A program made the translations under genes and the position numbers. Positions 50,643 through 58,340 of a stretch of DNA of 64,000 nt are shown in pieces (the first letter of the stretch is position 1; each line of letters opens with the position of its first letter). The DNA is taken from contig CAVQUB010000015.1 of assembly GCA_963716725.1 (NCBI GenBank), positions 192,001-256,000 of the forward strand, read 5' to 3'. The stretch is from an uncultured delta proteobacterium. Its GTDB lineage: Bacteria > Myxococcota_A > Polyangia > Polyangiales > Polyangiaceae. The notes beneath the pieces were generated by a model. That model made no database searches and was not told the DNA's origin. It saw only the letters and a program-made list of their open reading frames with translations.

Positions 50643-53600
50643 GTGAGGGCGACCACTCCGCGCGTCGCGATGTTCTTGTTCGGATCCGGCCTCGCGGCTC
50701 TGGTCTATCAGACCGCCTGGGAGCGCATGCTGCGCTTGGTGTTCGGCGCATCGACGGCCGCATCTTCAGCGGTGCTCGCGATCTTTCTGGGCGGGCTCGG
50801 CCTGGGCGGCGTCTGGCTTGGCAAGCGAGCCGAAGCGGCGTCCCGGCCGCTGCTGTTCTACGCAAATCTGGAGATTGGCGTCGCGCTGTTTGCAGCGGTC
50901 ACGCCCTTCTTGGTCGAGCTCGCGGCTCGAATCTACTGGGGCTTGGGTGGAGTCGGGGCGCTGGGCGCAGGAGGGGCGACGCTGGTGCGCCTGCTGCTGT
51001 CGGCAGTGGTCTTGGGCCCGGCCGTCGTGCTCATGGGTGGGACCTTGCCGGCTGCGGCCCGTGCCGTGGAACGCGACGATGACGTCGCCCGGGGTCAGCT
51101 GGCCACGCTCTACGCGTCGAACACCGCCGGCGCCGTGATCGGGGCGTTGCTCGGCACCTTCGTGCTCTTCGAGTTATTCGGCATGCGTTTGGCGCTCTGG
51201 GTCGCCGTGCTGCTCAACCTGCTCGTCGCGATGCTCGCGCGGTACCACGGCAGTCGCCTGGATCCGATCCCGAGCTCGGCGGCGGCACCCTCCGCCGAGT
51301 CCGAGCCCAGCGCGGATGAGCCGGGACGAGTCGTCTCCGGAGCGGTCTACGCTGCGGCGGCCGTGGTCGGCTTCGCCTTCCTCGGGCTCGAGATCGTCTG
51401 GTATCGGATGTTGGGGCCGATCCTCGGGGGGTCGAGCTTCACCTTCGGCTTGATCCTCGCGGTAGCGCTGACGGGCATCGGGATCGGGAGCTTCCTCTAC
51501 ACCCGCCGCAAGCCGAGCCAACCCGCGACGCTCTCGCTGCTCGCCTGGACGGTGGCCCTCGAAGCGGGCTGCGCGCTGTTCCCCCTCGCGCTCGGCGACG
51601 GCGTTGGCCTCTACGCCGCCTACACCCGTCCCATGGCGAACCTCGGATTTTCGGCGCTGGTGGTGAGTTGGATCACGATCGCGTCAGTGGTGGTGCTGCC
51701 GGCGGCCATCGTCGCCGGCTACCAGTTCCCGGTGCTGTTTGCCTTGCTCGGCACAGGCCGCCGCCGGGTCGCTCGTCAGGTGGGGCTCACCTACGCGTTC
51801 AACACTGCCGGATCCATCGTGGGCGCCATCGCCGTGGGGTTCGTGCTGATGCCTCGCATCGGCGCCGTCGGTGCGTGGCGGCTCCTGGCGAGCGTCCTGG
51901 TCGTGCTCGCGTTCTCGCTGATCTGCCTCGAATGGTGGATCGGGCGGCGGGCTGGAGTCCGCCGGGCGTGGCCGGCGATCGTCGCCGGTTTGCTGGCGGC
52001 GACGGCGCTCACCGCCGACGGCCCAACCGCCGTCACCCGACACACGCCCATCGGCGCGGGCCGGGTGAGCATCGCAGAACTCGACAAGAACCAGCTCCGC
52101 GAGTGGAACCACCGCACCCGTTTGCGCCTGCTCTGGGAGCGCGACGGGGTCGAGAGCAGCCTGGCCGTGACTCACGGAACGGGGCTCACCTTCCTGGTCA
52201 GCGGAAAGGCCGACGGCGCCGTCTACGCCGATCGCGGCACGCAGGCCCTCCTCGGGATGATCCCCGCCGTCCTTCACGGCGACGTGAAGAGCGCCTTCGT
52301 GCTCGGGCTCGGCACGGGGATGACCGCGGGCTGGCTCGCGTCCGTCCCGGGAGTGGAGCGCGTGGACGTGGCCGAGCTCGAGCCGGCCATCGTCGAGGTC
52401 GCGCGCGCCGCGTCCGCGGCGAACCAGAACGTGCTCGAGCGTCCCAACGTGCACGTGTTCCTGGGGGACGGGCGCGAGTACCTGCTGACCCACGAACGCA
52501 AATACGATCTCCTGGTGAGCGAGCCGAGCAACCCCTACCGCGCCGGGGTCGCGTCGCTGTTCACGCGGGAGTTCTATGCCGTCGCCGCCGAGCGCCTGAA
52601 GCCCAACGGCATCTTCGCGCAGTGGGTGCAGGGCTACGAAATCGACGTCCAGACCCTGCGGATCGTGCTGGTCACGCTGCGCACGGTGTTTCCCGTCGTC
52701 GAAGCCTGGCACACCCAAGGCGGCGACTTGTTGCTGCTGGCCAGCAGGGAAGCTCGCGTCATCGACGTGGACGGCCTGCGCGGAAGGGTCGGGACCGAGC
52801 CGTTCCGCACGGTGTTCCCTCGCGCCGGCCTGGTGGGGGACGCGGAGGGCGTGCTCGCGCGGTTCCTGGCCAGCGACGAGCTGGTCGGCGCCATCGGGTC
52901 GGCCTCGCCGGCGCCGATCAACACCGACGACGACAACGCCCTGGAATATGCGTTTGCGCGACAAGTGGGGAACTCACTCGGCAGCATCTCGGTCCAGCTG
53001 GCCGCGCTCACGCAGTCCCGCGGCCTGGCGCGTCCCGACGTGCGCGGGACGGTGAACTGGAGGCGGGTGGACGAACTCAGGCGCCGAGGGTGGCTCGTCT
53101 CGGGAGGCGTCGGCGCGCCGGACTTGCCGCTCCCCGATCCCGCGGTTCGGGCGCGTGCACAGGCATTCGAGGCTGGGTGCGGCGGTGATCTGGTGAACGC
53201 GGGACGACTCTGGTTTTCGCAGCCCGACGTGGGCACCCACGACGTCGTGGAGAAGTACGTCGTCGGCGCGATCTTCGCCACGCGCAAGGACGATCGCGCC
53301 CTCGTCCTCGCCCGCGAGCTCGAGCACGAGGGCTACGTCGCTGAATCCCACGTCATTCGAGGGCGGTACTTCTTGGCAAAGAGCATGCTTGCGGAGGCGC
53401 TGGACGCGCTCTTGCTCGCCGTGTCGGAGCTGCGGAAGTCCGGGCTTCCGCTGTGTCACGCTCAGATCCCCGCGATCGAACTGTTGCCGGTCGTCGTGAG
53501 GCGGGATCCGGTGGCCGCCGCCAAGGCAGCGCGCGCTCTCTTGATCGGCCCCCTCGCGGCCTACAACCACGAAGAGCGACGGATCGGCATCGCGCAGCAG

Positions 53601-53969
53601 CTGGCGTTCGAGTCGATGGACGCTTCGCTCTGCGTGGAGGCGCTCGGTCCGAATCTGGAGCTCCCGTGGTGGCATCTGCGGTTTCTCGCAGCTCGCGCTG
53701 ACTGTTTGGAGAAAGCGGGCCACCCCCAGGCAGCTCGCGCGCGAGCCGAGGTCGCCGAGTGGGTGGGCAACTCGCAGGGCGAGGTCGGTGCCGGGCTCAC
53801 GCTTCCCGCTCCGTCCGTCTCGGCGGGACCCGCGGTCGAGTCCTTCGATGGTGGTGCATTGGACCTGTCGCACGAAGACGAGCCGACGGCGGTGGATGGT
53901 GGAGCCGATGCGCCGGACGCGGTTCCCAACGCAACGGATGCTGCGCTCGATTCGCCCGATGGCAGATGA
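50643..53969 (+). CDS. Fused MFS-like membrane domain/spermidine synthase-like SAM-dependent transferase
   Basis: SGLAALVYQ..W.R, about 13 TMs, GKADG, VLGLGTGMT, DGREYL, YDLLVSEPSNP, LFTREFY, NTDD.N.LEY. Confidence 0.88.
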   Translation: MRATTPRVAMFLFGSGLAALVYQTAWERMLRLVFGASTAASSAVLAIFLGGLGLGGVWLGKRAEAASRPLLFYANLEIGVALFAAVTPFLVELAARIYWGLGGVGALGAGGATLVRLLLSAVVLGPAVVLMGGTLPAAARAVERDDDVARGQLATLYASNTAGAVIGALLGTFVLFELFGMRLALWVAVLLNLLVAMLARYHGSRLDPIPSSAAAPSAESEPSADEPGRVVSGAVYAAAAVVGFAFLGLEIVWYRMLGPILGGSSFTFGLILAVALTGIGIGSFLYTRRKPSQPATLSLLAWTVALEAGCALFPLALGDGVGLYAAYTRPMANLGFSALVVSWITIASVVVLPAAIVAGYQFPVLFALLGTGRRRVARQVGLTYAFNTAGSIVGAIAVGFVLMPRIGAVGAWRLLASVLVVLAFSLICLEWWIGRRAGVRRAWPAIVAGLLAATALTADGPTAVTRHTPIGAGRVSIAELDKNQLREWNHRTRLRLLWERDGVESSLAVTHGTGLTFLVSGKADGAVYADRGTQALLGMIPAVLHGDVKSAFVLGLGTGMTAGWLASVPGVERVDVAELEPAIVEVARAASAANQNVLERPNVHVFLGDGREYLLTHERKYDLLVSEPSNPYRAGVASLFTREFYAVAAERLKPNGIFAQWVQGYEIDVQTLRIVLVTLRTVFPVVEAWHTQGGDLLLLASREARVIDVDGLRGRVGTEPFRTVFPRAGLVGDAEGVLARFLASDELVGAIGSASPAPINTDDDNALEYAFARQVGNSLGSISVQLAALTQSRGLARPDVRGTVNWRRVDELRRRGWLVSGGVGAPDLPLPDPAVRARAQAFEAGCGGDLVNAGRLWFSQPDVGTHDVVEKYVVGAIFATRKDDRALVLARELEHEGYVAESHVIRGRYFLAKSMLAEALDALLLAVSELRKSGLPLCHAQIPAIELLPVVVRRDPVAAAKAARALLIGPLAAYNHEERRIGIAQQLAFESMDASLCVEALGPNLELPWWHLRFLAARADCLEKAGHPQAARARAEVAEWVGNSQGEVGAGLTLPAPSVSAGPAVESFDGGALDLSHEDEPTAVDGGADAPDAVPNATDAALDSPDGR

Positions 53970-54043
53970 ACGGCGCCCGTCCGCGCTGGCCGCGCGCGAG
54001 CTGCCCAGGAGCTCTCGTCACGGCTGACGGCCGGAGATGGCCA

Positions 54044-55969
54044 TCATTGAACGCGCGCGCGCAGGTCGCAAGGTGCCGCGGTTCCCTCCGGCGCTGCCTG
54101 GAGTGAGAGCCACCCGTCGGGTCCCGCGCTCGAGCAGCCGATGTCTCCCGCCGAAAACGTCTGCGAATCGTCCATGTCGACGAAGGCTCGGAGCCGAGCC
54201 TTGCCGCAGGGCACGAGCTTCGCTGACACGCGCGCTCGCCCGGAATCGTCGAAGGACGCGGGCGGCAGGGGGGGGTGCGTGTGGATGCGATCGCCCGGGT
54301 CCCAAGCGTGTTCGATGAGCGTCGGCTGACGAGGGCGCCCAGCCGCAGCTAGCGTGATCTCCACAGGACAGCCCTCGAAGCGGAGGATCGCCAGCTTGCC
54401 GGCGCCGTGCATCAGCCGATACCCGAGCGCCAAGAAGGTGTCTCGATCTTCGTTCGCGCCGTGGATCAAGACATCCTCGTAGAGCGAACCGTCCTCGGCG
54501 AGCTGGGTGGTGATGGACCGGCGCTTCTCGGCGTCGAGCCGCGTATCGGGGTTCTCGTACACTTGCCAGAACAGAGCACGCGGAGGCACCGGCGGCAGCC
54601 GCGCTTTCGCGGATTCGCGCACGACGACGGTATGAAGTTGCGGGATCATGGCAAAGGCGTAGGGGACTAGGCCGCCTTGCGCGGCGGCGTAGAGCGCGCC
54701 GAAGTTGGCGGCCGGGCGCACGAAGGGAAACGCCTGGTCGTGCGGGCTTTGGGGGTTGCCCTCGCAGACCGACTGCAGCGCCAGCGGTAGCCGAAAACCA
54801 CGCCCTTGAATCGGGGCGTCCAGTCCGCTCACGAGATCCGCGCACTGACGATGCGACTCGCGGTTGAACCAGGCTGCCCAGGCGATCGCGGCGCCGGAAA
54901 AGAGAGCTACGGCGGCTGAAGGCAGGCGCGGCCAGCGAAGCGCTGCGGCTTCCAGCGGCAACAAGGGAAGCGCGAGCATCACGCCGGGCACCAAGAAACG
55001 GGGCGAGAAGTACTCCCACACGTCCAGATGGATCGGTCCGAATGCTCCGGCAGCCAGTAACATGCAGGCTGTTAGCGCGAGGGCGAGCTCGTTGCGGGAT
55101 GCCGGTCGCCTCGAGTGTCGGGCGAAGAACAGCGCGAGGGCGCCAGCCGCCGTCATCAACGGGATCCAGCCGCGCCAACCCGGTCCTCCGACGAACAGCC
55201 CGCGAAGGAGCTGGAGTCGATCCAAAATCCCCATCGGCGTGTCCTCCGGCTGCGGTCGCAACGGTGCGCTCTCGCCGATGTATCCCGCCGCCCGAGCAGT
55301 GAGCAGCGCGACCGGGATCCCCATGAGGGCCAGCAGGGCAAGCTCCCGCGGCCACTGGCGCGGGCGGTGGCGCACCAGCACGAGCACGACGAGAAAGAGC
55401 GCGCTGACCTGCGCTCCGAACACGTGGACGACGCCCTGAACAGAAATCAACGCGGCGATGCCCAGGCGGTAGCGCCAGTGCCAGAGGTCGCTGCGGATGG
55501 CGAGCGCGGCGCAGCAAAACGTGAGCGACAGCGACAGGACGTACGAGAAGAAGCCCATGTACACGGCCCACTGGAAGGCCGTAGCGAAGCCCACGAGCCC
55601 GAGGATCGTGCGCTCGCGGTTCACCGACCGGACCAGCGCCAAAAACCCCCACGACCACCCGAGCGCCATGATCGCCAGAGTCACCTGCAAGGCTCGGCGC
55701 CAGGGCAGGACCTCGAGCGCGGGTCCGTAGACCAGGGAAAACCCCAGCGCTGTCAGGGCGGTCGTGGGTCGATAGACCTCCGCGTAGAGCGAGCCCGGAT
55801 TGGAGTAGTGCTTGCCGACATGCGCCAGGTACAGGTGTTGCGGGCCGTCGTGGGTCGGCAGGTAGGGGGCCGCGAAGGCAGCGATCACAACGCCCACGGA
55901 TGCCAGGGCTGCGAGAGCCCACACCCAGCGCGGTGTTGGCGCGGACTCGGCCCCGTTGCGGTGACTCAA
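54044..55969 (-). CDS. Multi-pass membrane protein, GT-C-like
   Basis: YLPTHDGPQH first-loop motif, MGF, about 11 TMs, periplasmic C-terminal domain. Confidence 0.6.
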   Translation of the reverse strand: MSHRNGAESAPTPRWVWALAALASVGVVIAAFAAPYLPTHDGPQHLYLAHVGKHYSNPGSLYAEVYRPTTALTALGFSLVYGPALEVLPWRRALQVTLAIMALGWSWGFLALVRSVNRERTILGLVGFATAFQWAVYMGFFSYVLSLSLTFCCAALAIRSDLWHWRYRLGIAALISVQGVVHVFGAQVSALFLVVLVLVRHRPRQWPRELALLALMGIPVALLTARAAGYIGESAPLRPQPEDTPMGILDRLQLLRGLFVGGPGWRGWIPLMTAAGALALFFARHSRRPASRNELALALTACMLLAAGAFGPIHLDVWEYFSPRFLVPGVMLALPLLPLEAAALRWPRLPSAAVALFSGAAIAWAAWFNRESHRQCADLVSGLDAPIQGRGFRLPLALQSVCEGNPQSPHDQAFPFVRPAANFGALYAAAQGGLVPYAFAMIPQLHTVVVRESAKARLPPVPPRALFWQVYENPDTRLDAEKRRSITTQLAEDGSLYEDVLIHGANEDRDTFLALGYRLMHGAGKLAILRFEGCPVEITLAAAGRPRQPTLIEHAWDPGDRIHTHPPLPPASFDDSGRARVSAKLVPCGKARLRAFVDMDDSQTFSAGDIGCSSAGPDGWLSLQAAPEGTAAPCDLRARVQ

Positions 55970-56320
55970 GCCACCTCAAGGAAATCGAACCGCCGCCGTC
56001 GACGAGGCGCTGGCGGGAGCTCTGAAGCGGCTGGAGAGATGCGATGAGCACGCCCTGCCCGCCGGAGTAGGGCCCAAATAGCTCCCACGGCGGCCAGCGA
56101 AATGACCAACGTGACGACCGTGCGCTGGGAGCCGAAGGGGGGCAGCACCACGGACCCTACCACGGCCGACCCCAGCACCGCCGCCACGCCGCCGTGGAAG
56201 ACCTCCCGGGGGGTGGCGGGAGAAACAGAGCTGGCCCACCAAGGCTGACGCGCCCGAGAGCAGGAATAGAGCGAGTGGCAGCCACCGGGACAGAGACCGC
56301 CGAGAGTCGAGCGGAGTCAC
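55966..56320 (-). pseudogene. Short remnant of a spermidine-synthase-associated membrane domain (frameshift in a G6 run at 56208-56213)
   Basis: LFLLSGASALVGQL and AVLGSAVVGSVVLPPFG resemble two TM motifs of the 50643 protein; one base change joins them into ~117 aa. Confidence 0.5.
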
Positions 56321-56382
56321 CGGCGCAACGCATGATCAGATCGGACCGAGTGCGCGCCTCGTTTCGGGTTCCGTGAGCGGAT

Positions 56383-58158
56383 CTATGGCGCCCGGAGGCC
56401 AACGCTAGCCGCTGCGGCGTCGAGGAGTGCCCCGGCGGGATGACCTGGCGCCACCTCTGACAGCTTCAATCGAGCCTCACTCAGCGCGAGGGCGTCACGC
56501 TTTGCGAGCGCCCCGCACGCGTCGAGGAAGCGTGCTCGTGGGCTGTTCGGCGCTTGTTGGACCGCGAGGTGGCCGTCGTACGCGAGGCTCTCGGGGAGGA
56601 TGTTGCGGTCGATGGCGGCACTGAGCACTGTCGGCAGCGGAGTCATGTGCCGAAGGACCCGATAGCCGCGCGCACCGAGCTCGGTGTTCGGCCCACTGCG
56701 ACGAACGTAGATCGCGGCCACATCGTCGAGGTAGACCATGGCCCAGTCCTGGCTTGCCGCCAGCGGTACGCCGGATCCCTCGCCCTCCGATGCGCGCGTG
56801 ATGGCCCACTCCAGCTGCAATTCTCCGGCCAGCGCGCCGAACGCCGCGCGGTCTCTCAGGCTGGCGTGGTAGCGGTCCAGGATCCGGGGTTCGTGCACCC
56901 AGCCGCTGCGTCCGTCCATCAATACCAGGTGCGTCGGATGCAGTCGGAGCGCCAAATATCCGCCGAACTCCAGGATGTTCCACATTCGGCCCCGCGGTTC
57001 GTGGTGCTCGATCCACACCGCCGCACGTTCTGGAAAGTGTCGCGGCTCGAACCCCACCCCGAAGCTCGTCGCCGTGCTGAGCGCGAGCAGGGGCGCAGCC
57101 AGGGGCACGGTGGCGGCGGCCAGCAGAGGCAAGCGCGGCGTGGGCACGGCGAGCGCGGCCAGCCGCCGAGCGATGGACGGTGCGATCAGCAACGCGGCGA
57201 TGGGCAACATCCGATATGCGCTCTGACCAAGCGCCAGTGCGCCGACCCACAAGCCAAGCTCGAAGGCATTCGGCCAGCGGCTCCCGCCGGGTTCCCTCCC
57301 GAGCGCTAGCGCGATCGCTCCCAGTCCCAATAGCACCATCAGCGCGGGTTCGTGCCTGGCCAAGACGGACCAGTCGGGCGACTGCCACTCGAGGATGCGC
57401 TGGAAATCGGCACTGGCCCGAAGCGGTCCAGTCCAAAGGCGATATCCCGCGACGTTCAAGCCGCTGCCGGCTGCAGCGCCGACCGCCACAATCCACGGAA
57501 GTGAGAGCTGATCGCCGTCCCGGAGCGGGAGCAGATCTGACAAGCGCCCGGCCGCCAAGCGACACGCCGAGCGGTACGCTGCGTACGCGACCATCATCGC
57601 CACTCCGAGAACGACGAAGCCGTGCAGGTTGGCCCAAATGATCGTGAGCGGTACCAGGCCCCACATGCACTTGCTGCTGCTAGGGCCGCTCGGCGTTCGC
57701 CGGTGCTCCTCGAGCACGAGCAGCACGACGGGAAGCAAAAACAAGGAGAGCGTTGCGGGCCGCACGAGGATCCAGCTGCCGATCGCGACGACCAGCACAG
57801 CCAGAATTGGTAGGGCCATTGGCCCTGCGTCCCGCGCTCGGCGGAGATAAACCAGCAAGATGCCGACGAAGAGCAGTGCTCCGAACAGCTGGAGCGCGAG
57901 TGCGCCCCCCGAGCGGTAAAGCCCCCACAGGGCTGCGTCGCTCAAGAATTCCATGTACCCAATCTGCCGGTGGGTGAACGCCAGCGGGTCGACTCTGGGC
58001 ACGGAACGGGTTTCGAAGAGGTGCCGTCCGAGGGCCAAGTGCCAAGGCAGGTCGAAGTCCGAAAGTCGGATTGAGGACTGAACCCCAGCGACCGCCAAGA
58101 TCCCCGCTCGCAGCACGAGTTCGTGGGCTCGTGATCGTGTTCCCACTAGCGGATTCAC
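56383..58158 (-). CDS. Multi-pass membrane protein, GT-C-like
   Basis: DLPWHLALGR..DP..FT, RP, WANLHG, EW.SP, FGGYL, MDGR motifs; start uncertain. Confidence 0.65.
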   Translation of the reverse strand: MNPLVGTRSRAHELVLRAGILAVAGVQSSIRLSDFDLPWHLALGRHLFETRSVPRVDPLAFTHRQIGYMEFLSDAALWGLYRSGGALALQLFGALLFVGILLVYLRRARDAGPMALPILAVLVVAIGSWILVRPATLSLFLLPVVLLVLEEHRRTPSGPSSSKCMWGLVPLTIIWANLHGFVVLGVAMMVAYAAYRSACRLAAGRLSDLLPLRDGDQLSLPWIVAVGAAAGSGLNVAGYRLWTGPLRASADFQRILEWQSPDWSVLARHEPALMVLLGLGAIALALGREPGGSRWPNAFELGLWVGALALGQSAYRMLPIAALLIAPSIARRLAALAVPTPRLPLLAAATVPLAAPLLALSTATSFGVGFEPRHFPERAAVWIEHHEPRGRMWNILEFGGYLALRLHPTHLVLMDGRSGWVHEPRILDRYHASLRDRAAFGALAGELQLEWAITRASEGEGSGVPLAASQDWAMVYLDDVAAIYVRRSGPNTELGARGYRVLRHMTPLPTVLSAAIDRNILPESLAYDGHLAVQQAPNSPRARFLDACGALAKRDALALSEARLKLSEVAPGHPAGALLDAAAASVGLRAP

Positions 58159-58340
58159 CCTCGGATCTCCTCGTCGAGCAAGGAACGCTGGTCGAGCTCC
58201 GAGTTCCGTCGGCGGGTCGCGCTCGGGTGGGTCGGGCGAACGTCGAGTGGGGCAGTCCCGTCCGAGCACGCTCTTGTCAGCACTTGCGCCAGGCAGGCGC
58301 CGTCGAACCACTCGGCGCCGTCCTGGTGGCTCAAGTCACC

